Positions 29,786-39,303 of a stretch of 64,000 bases of DNA are shown one piece after another (position 1 is the first letter of the stretch; each line of letters opens with the position of its first letter). The stretch lies in the IMG/VR virus record IMGVR_UViG_3300042898_006838, positions 32,001 through 96,000 of that record; one strand, 5' to 3'. A model generated the notes under the pieces. The model was not told where the DNA came from and did no database searches. It saw nothing but the letters and a program-made list of their open reading frames with translations. Source of the stretch: a virus. Both the position numbers and the translations under genes were made by a program.

Positions 29786-32700
29786 ATGTACCAGCACGCC
29801 GAACGCACCTTCTCCGACGTCAAGCGAAACCTGGAGACCTACGTCCGGGGTCTGTTCCCCATCGAGGGCAAGAAGCGGACGCTGGTGCTCCGTGACCTGG
29901 AGATCAGGGACAACGCCGACCCAGGTGACTACGCCAGTCAGCGTCAGGCGCGCATGGCCGGCGAGAGCTGGAGCATCCCAGTCATCGCCGTCATGGAGCT
30001 GTTGGAAGGTGGCAAGGTCATCGACCGGGCGAAGATGAAGATCATCGACCTGCCGCGGCTGACCAACCGCGGTAGCTACATCGTCAACGGCACGGAGTTC
30101 ATGTTCCCGACGCAGAAGCGCCTGCGATCAGGACCCTACGTGCGCCTGGGCGAGAACGAGGAGCTGCGCACGTTCTTCAACGTCGCCAAGGGCCGCAGCT
30201 TCCACCTGGGTCTTCACCCGACCAAGGGCCACTTCCAGTTCCAGATCGAGAGTAGCAAAAACATCCCCCTGTACCCGCTGCTGCAGGTCCTGGGCGTCAG
30301 CGACGACGATATGGTCAGGGCCTGGGGCCGAGAGGTCTGGAAGGCCAACGTCGTCACCGACCCTGGTCAGCGAACCAAGGCGCTGCAGACCATCTACGAG
30401 AAGATGTCGTACGCACGAGATGATGTACCGGCTCCCACCGTCGAGCAGCTGCCTGATGCCATCAAGGCCATATTCTCAGCCACGGTTATCGACGGCGAGA
30501 ACACCGAGCTGACCATCGGTGAGCGTCACGACACAGTCAGTGGCCGGGCGGTGATGTTGGCGGCGGCGAAGATGTTGGGCGTGGCCCGAGGCGAGCGCGA
30601 GGAAGATAACCGCGACAGCCTCATCCACAACGACATCGTGGATCTTGGCGACTTCATCGTCGAACGCTTCCGAGACCCGCAGTTCCGAGGCCGCATCGTC
30701 AGGGCCGTGAAGTTCAACGTCGACCGTCGCGACAAGGTCAGCCAGATCATCAGCCGCGACAGCTTTCAGCGCCCGGTCGACAGCATGCTCACTGAGAGCC
30801 AACTGGCTCAGACCCCGAACCAGAACAATCCGCTGGGTATGATCAGCGACTACACACAGCTCACGGTCCGGGGCGAGGGTGGCATCCAGAACGACAACGC
30901 CCTGACACGCAGTGTCCGGGCCCTGGATCCCAGCCACCTGGGATTCATCGACCCCAGCCACACGCCCGAGGGCCAGGGCGTGGGCACGACCCTGCACCTG
31001 ACGACGAACACGGAGAAGCGTGGTCGCGACCTCGTGGCCCGTGTCATCGACGTCAAGACCGGCAAGGCCGTGGACCTCACTCCGGTACAGATCTTCAAGG
31101 CCACAGTCGCCTTCCCCGAGTCCTGGGACGGGAAGAAGCTCACGGGCCCGAAGGTCAAGGTCAGCCGACGCGGCGAGATCTCGAACGTGCCGGTGTCCGA
31201 GGCCCAGTACGTGTTCTCGAAGCCAGAGCACCTGATCGACGTCAACAGCGCCAGCATCCCCTTCCTCAGCCACAACAACGGCACGCGCGTGATGACGGCC
31301 AGCAAAATGGGCGCCCAGGCCAAGCCGCTGGAGACGCCGGAAGCGCCGTTGGTGCAGGTGGACAGCGGCGAGGGCACGACCGTCGAGGCCGTGGTCGGAG
31401 CCGCATTCTCACCGAAGTCTCCGGTCACCGGTATCGTGGAGAAGGTAGAGGAAGACGCGGTCATCATCTCCGGTCAGCGCGTGTCCATTCCCCGCCACTT
31501 CCCGTTGAACAGCAACAACTTCCTGCACGCACAGCCGACGGTGAAGGTCGGTGACAAGGTCTCCAAGGGCCAGGTCATCGCCGACACCAACTACACGGAC
31601 AAGGGCGTCATGGCCCTGGGGAAGAATCTGCTCGTGGCTTACACGCCCTACAAGGGCATGAACGTCGAAGACGGTGTGGTCATCAGCGAGACCGGCGCCA
31701 AGAAGATGACCAGCGAGCACATGTACCAGCAGCCGTACATGTTTGACGTCGACACGGTCATGGACCTGAAGAAGTTCCAGGCCTACTTCCCGGCCAAGAT
31801 CAAGAGTGCAGATGCCGAGAAACTCGACAGTCAGGGCGTGATCAAGAAGGGCCAGGTCGTCGGCCCCGGGTCCATCCTCGTCGCGGCCATGCGCAGGCAC
31901 GCGCCGACCACTGAGAGCCAGCGCCTGGCCGCTGTCAGCCGCATCCTGGCCAAAGAGTTCCGTGACGACAGCCTACGCTGGGAGAAGGACGTCACGGGCG
32001 TGGTTCAGGACGTGGCCAAGAGACCACGTGAGATCGTGGTCTTCGTGCGCACCAGCGAGGCCGCCCGTATCGGTGACAAGATCGCCGGTCGCTACGGCAA
32101 CAAGGGCATCATCGTGCACATCGTCGGCGACGCGGAGATGCCGCGTGACGCCAAGGGTCGGGTCCTGGACATGATGCTGAACCCAAACGGCGTCGTCAGC
32201 CGCATGAACATGGGTCAGATCATGGAGACGACGGCGAGTCGTATCAGCGAGAAGACGGGGAAGACGTTCGTGACCCGGGGCTTCGGCGAGGACAGCGCCA
32301 AGCGCATCGCCGCCGAACTCAAGGCCAACGGCCTCAAGGACCACGAGACCATCAGCGACCCCGTTGACGGCGCGGATATCCCCGGTGTGCTCGTCGGACG
32401 ACAGTACATCTATAAGCTCGAACACCAGGCGACGAAGAAGGTCGGGGCCCGGGGCATGGGCGCCGAGTACCCCTACGGCTACGAGGGGCAGGCTCCACGC
32501 GGAGCCCAGGGAGGACAGGCTATCGGCAGCATGGAGACCTACGCGCTCCTGGCCCATGGCGCGTTGTCCAATCTCCACGAGATGTACGGCGTGAAGAGCA
32601 GCTACGACTACGAGACCTGGAGAGCGCTGGAAAGCGGGGCTCCGCTGCCGCCTTCTAAGCCCAGCCACGCCTCGCAGAAGTTCCTGGCCATGCTCAAGGG

Positions 32701-35700
32701 TATGGGCGTCAACGTCGAGCAGCGCGGCAACGACATGGTGATGATGCCGTTCCTTGACCGGCACGTGAAAGAGATCAGCAACGGTGAAATCAGCAGCTTC
32801 CAGGTCCTGCGAGGCAAGGACTTGCGCGAGGAAAAGAACGGCCTATTCGACACGAAGAAGACGGGTGGCGTGCAAGGCGAGCAGTGGACGCACATCAAGC
32901 TTCCGGTGCCCATGCCGAACCCGACGTTCGCCAACGCCATCTTGAGCCTGCTGCACATGAGCCAGGAGGACTACGACGAGGTCCTGGCCGGCAAGAAGAA
33001 GATCGGCGGTCTCACGGGAGGCGAGGCCATCAAAGCCGAGTTGGCGAAGATCGACGTAGCCAAGCGCATCGCCGAAGTAGACCAGGAAATAAAGGGCAAG
33101 ACCGGTTCGTCACTGAACGCTCTGCACAAGGAGCTTCGGTTCCTGCGCGGGCTCAGGGAGACGGGGATCAAGCCCAGTGAGTACGTGATCTCGCTGCTCC
33201 CGGTCCTGCCGCCGAAGTTCCGTCCCGTGTACACGCTGCCCGACGGAAACCTTCGGATCAGCGACGTTAACTTCCACTACCAGAGCCTGCTGCAGCTCAA
33301 CGACCAGATGGGGAAGCTCAAAGGCCGCCAGTTCGATGACCAGCGCAAGGCCTTGGCATCCGAGATCTACAAGGCCGTCGGCGGCGTCACGGGCATGGGC
33401 GACGGTGTCGTCGAGCGGTCTCCGTCTCCCAAGGGCCTGGCGATGCAGATTGCCGGCGTCGGCAGTCCCAAGGGTGGATTCTTCCACTCCAGCCTGATGA
33501 AGAAGAGACAGGACGTGAGCGCCAGAAGCGTTATCGTCAGCAACCCGAGCCTGGGCCTGGACGAGGTCGGCGTTCCCGAGGCCGTGGCCTGGGACAGCTT
33601 CCGACCGTTCCTGATCAAGGAGCTGCGGAACATGGGTATGACCCCGCTTCAAGCCAAAGCAGCCGCCGACGCTCGTGGCGACGTGGCTAAGCGGGCCCTG
33701 GAAAACGTGATGAAGGATCGTCACGTCATTCTCAACCGCGCGCCGACCCTGCACAAGTTCAGCGTCATGGCCTTCAAGCCTCGACTGGTCCCTGGCTACG
33801 CGATTCAGATCCCGCCCCTGGTCGTCGGCGGCTTCAACGCCGACTTCGACGGCGACACCATGGCCATGCACGTGCCGGTCAGCGCCGAAGCCAACGCCGA
33901 GGCCGCGAAGATGTTGCCCAGTGCCAACCTCTACAAGCCCGGTAGCGGGAAGATGCAGCACAAGATCGAGCACGAGTACGTCCTGGGTCTGTTCAAGATC
34001 TCGCGTCCGGGAACCGTGTCGACGAAGAGGTACACGTCGACGGCCCAGGTGCTCAGCGACCTGCGCGCTAAGTCAGTGGCCCCTGATGCCGTAATCAGCG
34101 TCAGTGGCATCGGCAGCACCACACCCGGCCGCGTGCTCATCAACGACGTGTTCCCGGCTCGTCACCGAGACTACGGCCTGATCTTCAGCGACAAGGTCAT
34201 CCAGGCCAAGTTGACGGAGATCGACAAAGGCAGCGGTCGCGACGTTTTCGTGAAGTGCCTGCAGGCTCTGGCTGACATCGGCCGACGCTATGCCTACAGC
34301 ACGGGCAGCAGCTTCCTGCTCAGCGACTTGCAGACCATGGGCAAGGAGCGCAACGCCGCCTATCGCACGGCCGACGCCGCGGCCGACCGCGTTCGCAGTG
34401 GCCCGGGTAGCGACGATGACAAGAAGAAGAAGATCATCGACATCTACATGCGCGTTGGCGCCAAGCTGCAGTCGGAGATGAGGCTGGGCAACAACAGCAG
34501 CGGCCAGAGCAACAACATCAACGACATGATGACCGCCGGCGCGCGAGGCAACCCAGATCAGATCCGGCAGCTGGTTGGCAGCGTGGGTGTGATGCTCGAT
34601 CACAACAACAAGCCTATGCCAGAGCCAGTCCGCGGCACGTACACTGACGGCCTGACTACGAGCGAGTTCTTTGCCCACATGTACGGCAACCGTAAGGGCA
34701 TGATCGATAAGAGCCAGAGCGTGAAGGACCCAGGTGCGCTGACCAAGCAGGTCGTGGTCAGCGCCGCCGGCTACCGCGTCTCCAGCCTCGACTGTGGGAC
34801 GATGTCTGGCGTCTCTGAGTCCTGCGACGGGGTCAACGCCCTGGACCGCTGTTCGGCTGAGAACGTGCCTGGTCTGGTCAAGCGCAATGACTTCGTGACG
34901 TCCAAGGTCCTGGCCGCTTTCCGTGCCCGTGGCGTCAAGACCATCAAGATCAGGAGTCCGTTGACCTGCATAGCCGCCAGTGGCGTCTGTGTCCGATGTT
35001 ACGGTCTGGACGAAGAAGGTCAGGCGCCGGCTATCGGCGCCCACGTCGGAATCAAGGACACCCAGGGCCTCACAGAACCCAGCACGCAGTTGGCGATGAA
35101 GACATTTCACACTGGCGGTGTGGCCACGGGCAAGGCCAGTCTGACCACGGGCTTTGACCGCGTGAAGAAGCTGTTCACGATGCCGGATACCGTTCGCGAC
35201 AAGGCCACGATGGCCGAGGTCAGCGGGCGCGTGGAGTCCGTGGCCCCAAATCCGTTTGGCGGCACGATCGTGGTCGTAGCCGGAACCAAGCACCGCCTGG
35301 CCACGGGCCGCAAGGCCAGCGTCGTCGTCGGCGACCAGGTGACCAGGGGTCAGAAGATCAGCGACGGTGACATCCAGCCCCAGGACATGCTGCGTCTCAA
35401 CGGTTTGCGGGCAATGCAGCTTCAGCTCCGTGACGACATCGGCAGCGTCTACGCACAGGGCGGTGAGCGCCTGCACGCCAAGACCATCGAGGTGCCGGTG
35501 CGCATGCTCACGGAGAGCGTGAGAATCAACGACGCCGGAGACCACCCGAGCCTGGTGCCCGGCGACTACAGCACCTACGGCCGCGTCGACGACTGGAACC
35601 GTGGCCACCCTGGCAAGAAGCCTGTGAAGTACCTTCACATCCTGCCCGGCAGTGAGTACCTTCCGCATCGCAGCGACGACTGGGCCCAGCGCATGGCCCA

Positions 35701-35845
35701 CAACCGCGTCCAGCAGGTGCTGCAGGAAGCGCCGGCAATGGCAGCCAAGGCTCCGCTGTCCGGTGGCAGTCCCTTCGCCTCCCTGGCTTTCGGCAAACGG
35801 GTCGCGCAAGATCCATGGCGTTCAGGAGGATTGACCAGTGGCTGA
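29786..35845 (+). CDS. rpoBC: Fused DNA-directed RNA polymerase beta-beta' (single 2019-aa chain)
   Basis: beta motifs: GSYIVNG, SQLAQ..NQNNPL, GMNVEDG, GDKIAGRYGNKG, SRMNMGQ, GSMETYAL. beta' motifs: VLPP..RP, LNRAPTLH, NADFDGD (33836-33856), RSPLTC..VC..CYG, EPSTQLAMKTFH. Confidence 0.97.
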   Translation: MYQHAERTFSDVKRNLETYVRGLFPIEGKKRTLVLRDLEIRDNADPGDYASQRQARMAGESWSIPVIAVMELLEGGKVIDRAKMKIIDLPRLTNRGSYIVNGTEFMFPTQKRLRSGPYVRLGENEELRTFFNVAKGRSFHLGLHPTKGHFQFQIESSKNIPLYPLLQVLGVSDDDMVRAWGREVWKANVVTDPGQRTKALQTIYEKMSYARDDVPAPTVEQLPDAIKAIFSATVIDGENTELTIGERHDTVSGRAVMLAAAKMLGVARGEREEDNRDSLIHNDIVDLGDFIVERFRDPQFRGRIVRAVKFNVDRRDKVSQIISRDSFQRPVDSMLTESQLAQTPNQNNPLGMISDYTQLTVRGEGGIQNDNALTRSVRALDPSHLGFIDPSHTPEGQGVGTTLHLTTNTEKRGRDLVARVIDVKTGKAVDLTPVQIFKATVAFPESWDGKKLTGPKVKVSRRGEISNVPVSEAQYVFSKPEHLIDVNSASIPFLSHNNGTRVMTASKMGAQAKPLETPEAPLVQVDSGEGTTVEAVVGAAFSPKSPVTGIVEKVEEDAVIISGQRVSIPRHFPLNSNNFLHAQPTVKVGDKVSKGQVIADTNYTDKGVMALGKNLLVAYTPYKGMNVEDGVVISETGAKKMTSEHMYQQPYMFDVDTVMDLKKFQAYFPAKIKSADAEKLDSQGVIKKGQVVGPGSILVAAMRRHAPTTESQRLAAVSRILAKEFRDDSLRWEKDVTGVVQDVAKRPREIVVFVRTSEAARIGDKIAGRYGNKGIIVHIVGDAEMPRDAKGRVLDMMLNPNGVVSRMNMGQIMETTASRISEKTGKTFVTRGFGEDSAKRIAAELKANGLKDHETISDPVDGADIPGVLVGRQYIYKLEHQATKKVGARGMGAEYPYGYEGQAPRGAQGGQAIGSMETYALLAHGALSNLHEMYGVKSSYDYETWRALESGAPLPPSKPSHASQKFLAMLKGMGVNVEQRGNDMVMMPFLDRHVKEISNGEISSFQVLRGKDLREEKNGLFDTKKTGGVQGEQWTHIKLPVPMPNPTFANAILSLLHMSQEDYDEVLAGKKKIGGLTGGEAIKAELAKIDVAKRIAEVDQEIKGKTGSSLNALHKELRFLRGLRETGIKPSEYVISLLPVLPPKFRPVYTLPDGNLRISDVNFHYQSLLQLNDQMGKLKGRQFDDQRKALASEIYKAVGGVTGMGDGVVERSPSPKGLAMQIAGVGSPKGGFFHSSLMKKRQDVSARSVIVSNPSLGLDEVGVPEAVAWDSFRPFLIKELRNMGMTPLQAKAAADARGDVAKRALENVMKDRHVILNRAPTLHKFSVMAFKPRLVPGYAIQIPPLVVGGFNADFDGDTMAMHVPVSAEANAEAAKMLPSANLYKPGSGKMQHKIEHEYVLGLFKISRPGTVSTKRYTSTAQVLSDLRAKSVAPDAVISVSGIGSTTPGRVLINDVFPARHRDYGLIFSDKVIQAKLTEIDKGSGRDVFVKCLQALADIGRRYAYSTGSSFLLSDLQTMGKERNAAYRTADAAADRVRSGPGSDDDKKKKIIDIYMRVGAKLQSEMRLGNNSSGQSNNINDMMTAGARGNPDQIRQLVGSVGVMLDHNNKPMPEPVRGTYTDGLTTSEFFAHMYGNRKGMIDKSQSVKDPGALTKQVVVSAAGYRVSSLDCGTMSGVSESCDGVNALDRCSAENVPGLVKRNDFVTSKVLAAFRARGVKTIKIRSPLTCIAASGVCVRCYGLDEEGQAPAIGAHVGIKDTQGLTEPSTQLAMKTFHTGGVATGKASLTTGFDRVKKLFTMPDTVRDKATMAEVSGRVESVAPNPFGGTIVVVAGTKHRLATGRKASVVVGDQVTRGQKISDGDIQPQDMLRLNGLRAMQLQLRDDIGSVYAQGGERLHAKTIEVPVRMLTESVRINDAGDHPSLVPGDYSTYGRVDDWNRGHPGKKPVKYLHILPGSEYLPHRSDDWAQRMAHNRVQQVLQEAPAMAAKAPLSGGSPFASLAFGKRVAQDPWRSGGLTSG

Positions 35846-36233
35846 CTTCACACCAACTCGCATCAAAGACCAGGACATCAACGGCGTGTACACGCCAAGC
35901 GGGCCTGCGCAGACCATGCGGAAACGCATGCTAGGTGACGACGGGGCGTCGGTGACGGGGAAGAGCGAATGGGTGCGCATGACACCGAGCTCGAAGAGCT
36001 TCTTCCTCTACAACGTCAGCCGCACGGGCGCCGTCGGAGCCGCCGTCGTGCAGATCCACGGCGCCATGGAGCTCGCTGACGTTCCTGAGAATACGGCCTT
36101 CCAGCTCCTGGCCACTCTCAACGCCGCCGCCCCACACGCCAACGTCACCTCGCCATGGAGCTACATGCGCGCCGAGGTCACCGTCGCCGGCGCCTCGGCT
36201 GTGCAGGTGGGCATGGACACAGAGAACCCATGA
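35838..36233 (+). CDS. Hypothetical beta-rich virion protein
   Basis: AGGAGG RBS, GTG start; coupled to both neighbours. Confidence 0.65.
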   Translation: MADFTPTRIKDQDINGVYTPSGPAQTMRKRMLGDDGASVTGKSEWVRMTPSSKSFFLYNVSRTGAVGAAVVQIHGAMELADVPENTAFQLLATLNAAAPHANVTSPWSYMRAEVTVAGASAVQVGMDTENP

Positions 36234-36715
36234 ACAACCATGGCGTCAGAGACGGCATGGTCAAGGTGGCCATGCGAGCCGACGTCGAGGAGCAGGTGCT
36301 CACGGCGCTGACCACTCTCTTGCCCCGCGGTGTCGACCCGGGTCACGACGACGAACTCGACGACCTGCTCCCGGACGTCGGAGATCTTGAGGCCCTGGTC
36401 ATGGCCGTGGAGGAGAGTTTCGACGTCGACTTCACCGACGCCGAGGCCTTTGATCTCTTCGCCTTCGGCACCGTCGGTGACCTGATCGAGGCCGTGACCA
36501 AGCACCTGATGTCGAAGACCGCCGGCTATGACCGCGCCTACTACATCCAGAACCGTGAGCGTCTGAAGACCAAGAGCCGCACGTACCGCATGCGCAATCT
36601 CCACAGCGTCAGACGCAAGGCAAAGGCCTATCGACGCAAGGTCAAACGGCGTATGATCAGGCCGCGGAAACGCGTGGGCAGCGCCGGAAGCGGATATCAC
36701 TTTATCGCGAGGTAG
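36230..36715 (+). CDS. Acyl-carrier-protein-like domain lacking the phosphopantetheine Ser, fused to an Arg/Lys-rich tail
   Basis: DLLPDVGDLEALVMAVEESFDVDFTDAEA....TVGDLIEAV aligns with the ACP pattern DLGADSLD..ELVMALEEEFD.EI.DE.A....TV. Confidence 0.75.
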   Translation: MNNHGVRDGMVKVAMRADVEEQVLTALTTLLPRGVDPGHDDELDDLLPDVGDLEALVMAVEESFDVDFTDAEAFDLFAFGTVGDLIEAVTKHLMSKTAGYDRAYYIQNRERLKTKSRTYRMRNLHSVRRKAKAYRRKVKRRMIRPRKRVGSAGSGYHFIAR

Positions 36716-36718
36716 AAC

Positions 36719-37123
36719 GTGGACAAGTTGGCATTCGAAATCGGCGTCGCTGACGGCATCGAGAAGACGGCGATCTCAAATGACGTGGCCATGAGGGCCT
36801 TGGCTCGTCGTATTGATCAAGCTCGTCTTGCCGGAGGCAACGCTGATTTCATGACAAAAGGCCGAAAAGCGGTGCGGATGATAAATCGGACCCGCTCCTG
36901 GAAGGAAGGCAAGAACCAACGCGTGTATCTGCACAAGCGTACCGGAGCCGGCATGGAACAGCTCATGCGTCGCGCTCAGGAAGTCAAGAAGTCGCCTGTC
37001 GCCGACAAGGTCGTTGGCAGCAGCAAGAAGAAGAACATCGCCATGGGCCTGGGAGCCGCAGCCGGCGTCGGGGCCATGGGAGCCGGGGCCTACGGCCTCA
37101 ACCGCGCGCTGAAGGACGACTGA
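36719..37123 (+). CDS. Basic protein with an AFEIG..EKTA leader and a C-terminal Gly/Ala hydrophobic helix
   Basis: MDKLAFEIGVADGIEKTA...MGLGAAAGVGAMGAGAYGL. Confidence 0.7.
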   Translation: MDKLAFEIGVADGIEKTAISNDVAMRALARRIDQARLAGGNADFMTKGRKAVRMINRTRSWKEGKNQRVYLHKRTGAGMEQLMRRAQEVKKSPVADKVVGSSKKKNIAMGLGAAAGVGAMGAGAYGLNRALKDD

Positions 37124-37193
37124 CATAAACAAGGCATCATTCGACCGAGATGAGACGAATAGCCGTGGACGCCGCCTGACCAGCTCCAAAGCA

Positions 37194-38852
37194 ATGTGGA
37201 CCGACGAGGACGGGCGTGTGCACACCACGCCCAGCAACCTCGTGGCCAATCGCGTGAACATCAAGCCCGGCGTGCCATACAGCTTCGCCGACCGCCCGTT
37301 CATGACCCAGGTCTTCGACGACCCGTTCCCAGCCATCGGCTTGATGACGGCTCGGCAGATCAGCAAGTCCACGTTCCTGGCCGCTGATGCACTGGCAAGC
37401 TGTGAGGCCCTGTCGCCGTACACGGTCATGGTCCTGACTCCGAGCCAGGATCAGACGCGGAAGTTCAGCTACGACCGCCTGGGGCCCACGATTGCCAGTT
37501 CCCCGGCCGTGCGCTCGATGATGAGTGCCGAGAGCCTGGACAACGTCTTCGAGAAGAGCTTTGTCAACGGCAGCAAGATCTACCTCAGCTACGCCAAGGA
37601 GAACGCCGACCGCGTCCGCGGTATCAGCGCCGACCAGATCGACTACGACGAGATTCAGGACATGCACCTGAAGGCCGTCGAGGCCGTGACCAGGGAGTCT
37701 TTGTTCACCAGCCGCTACAAGCGCCGGCGCTACGGCGGCACGCCCAAGAGCTTCAGCAACGGCATCGAGCAGCGGGTCTGGAGGCAGAGCGACAGGCGCG
37801 AGTGGATGGTGCGCTGCCGTCACCACGCACCCATCTACCACCAGAAGCTGACGAAGAGGAACGTGGGCGTCAGCGGCCCGATCTGTGACCGCTGCGGCAA
37901 GAGCCTGTTCACGCTCGACGGCCTCTGGGTCTCGACGTCGTCGCTGACGCCAGACGGCAAGGTGCCGAGGATCCACGGCTACCACATCCCGCAGATCATC
38001 TTCCCGACCACTGACGTCGAGGTTGCCCCCGGCATCCGCGGATTCCTGGACTGGGGCTCGTTCAAGGACGAGATCGAGGACCCGAACACCGATGAGGCGA
38101 CAAAGCTCAACGAAAAGTGGGGTGAAAGCGCGGACAGCGAAGAGCGACCGGTGAAGGAGGACGAGCTCCGCGGCGCCTGCGTCGACGAGAGATCCATGCC
38201 ACAGGTCTGGCAGGAGTGGATGAAGGGCGAGTACTTGTTCGCGGGCCTGGACTGGGGAACGGGTCTGCAGTCGGCTACGGTCCTGACTATCGGCCAATTC
38301 GACCCCCGGGACCCGAAGATATTCCGCTACGTCTACGCCAAGCGCTACTTCGGGCGCGACGCCGACCCCAAGATCTGCGTTCCCGACATCCTGCGCAAGC
38401 TCCAGGACTTCCGAGTCTTCCGGGCCCACGCCGACTTCGGCAGCGGCCTGGGTCTGAACAGCCAGATCGAGGAGGCACGTGGCGAAGAGTTCCTGACCAC
38501 GAACTACTGGAGCAGCAGCATCGGCGGCAAGCGAGTGATCTACGACCCGGATCTCAGGCGCTACGTCCTGAACCGGAGCCTGCACATCACCCGCTTCTTC
38601 CAGGGACTGAAGAAGCGGAGCCTGCGCGTGGCCTTTGGCTGGCCAGACTTCCGCGTCTTCGCCGAGGACATCCTCCACGTCTTCCGCGAGGAGCGGAAGA
38701 ACGGCGACCCCTACTACGACCACAAGCCCGAGGAGCCGGACGACGCCATGCACGCCATGATCTACACCTGGCTCATCGCCAGCTTCCACCGCTACCGCAA
38801 CGAGGGCGTGGAGGTGGCGCGGACCACGCACGACCCGCAGTCCGGAGGCTAA
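37194..38852 (+). CDS. terL: Terminase large subunit
   Basis: ARQISKST Walker A, RGISAD..DYDE Walker B, GTPK motif, AGLDWG and PDDAMHA nuclease motifs. Confidence 0.9.
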   Translation: MWTDEDGRVHTTPSNLVANRVNIKPGVPYSFADRPFMTQVFDDPFPAIGLMTARQISKSTFLAADALASCEALSPYTVMVLTPSQDQTRKFSYDRLGPTIASSPAVRSMMSAESLDNVFEKSFVNGSKIYLSYAKENADRVRGISADQIDYDEIQDMHLKAVEAVTRESLFTSRYKRRRYGGTPKSFSNGIEQRVWRQSDRREWMVRCRHHAPIYHQKLTKRNVGVSGPICDRCGKSLFTLDGLWVSTSSLTPDGKVPRIHGYHIPQIIFPTTDVEVAPGIRGFLDWGSFKDEIEDPNTDEATKLNEKWGESADSEERPVKEDELRGACVDERSMPQVWQEWMKGEYLFAGLDWGTGLQSATVLTIGQFDPRDPKIFRYVYAKRYFGRDADPKICVPDILRKLQDFRVFRAHADFGSGLGLNSQIEEARGEEFLTTNYWSSSIGGKRVIYDPDLRRYVLNRSLHITRFFQGLKKRSLRVAFGWPDFRVFAEDILHVFREERKNGDPYYDHKPEEPDDAMHAMIYTWLIASFHRYRNEGVEVARTTHDPQSGG

Positions 38853-38880
38853 AAAAAACTCGACCCCTTTCGGGGCCGAG
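38851..38880 (-). terminator. Intrinsic terminator ending island 3
   Basis: CTCGGCCCC-GAAA-GGGGTCGAG followed by T8; the A-tract overlaps the terminase stop codon. Confidence 0.85.
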
Positions 38881-38892
38881 CTTTCTCGTCGT

Positions 38893-39201
38893 CTAGTTCA
38901 TGATCCAGCGCTGACCGTCAGCGCGGTTTTTTCCGCGTGAGAAAATGCCATCGACGTCGTCGATGCCCTGACCAGCTTCGTCGTCGATGAGGTCGAGGGA
39001 GAGGCGTTCAAGCGCCAGCTCTTCTGCACGGGTCCCGAAGAACCCTGCCCCTCTGGTTGCCCGGCAAGCCTTGCGTTTGCGGCCAGTGAGCCGGTCGACG
39101 TCTTCGTCGGCCAACTTCTCCGACCATGCGCACCTGCTGCAGAGGGCTCCCTTTTTGGGCGCCGATATGAGGCTGGTACAGCCTCTGCAGTTCACAGTCA
39201 T
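38893..39201 (-). CDS. Small zinc-finger (CxxC..CxxC) hypothetical protein
   Basis: CRGC...CSRC; lies between the motif and the terminator. Confidence 0.65.
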   Translation of the reverse strand: MTVNCRGCTSLISAPKKGALCSRCAWSEKLADEDVDRLTGRKRKACRATRGAGFFGTRAEELALERLSLDLIDDEAGQGIDDVDGIFSRGKNRADGQRWIMN

Positions 39202-39287
39202 GTCGCCTGTCTTGTCTCCGCTGACTTCAACTTGCTGACCACTTCCGTTTGCGGATTACCGGGTGTGGACGACGTCGACGAGATCAT
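39198..39287 (-). CDS. Possible 29-aa micro-ORF coupled to the zinc-finger gene
   Basis: GGAG RBS; ATG...ACA TGA overlaps the next ATG. Confidence 0.4.
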   Translation of the reverse strand: MISSTSSTPGNPQTEVVSKLKSAETRQAT

Positions 39288-39303
39288 TCTCTCTCCGTCA
39301 GTC

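Noticed and set aside
34073-35809. Long antisense ORFs (578 aa here; also 37137-38831, 55632-57233 and others)
   Set aside because: Shadow frames of GC-rich genes with strong codon bias; no motifs or RBS.
29786-35845. Host chromosomal rpoBC locus or chimeric contig
   Set aside because: No ribosomal protein neighbours; the gene is reduced and diverged, overlaps the next phage gene and shares the codon style of its flanks.
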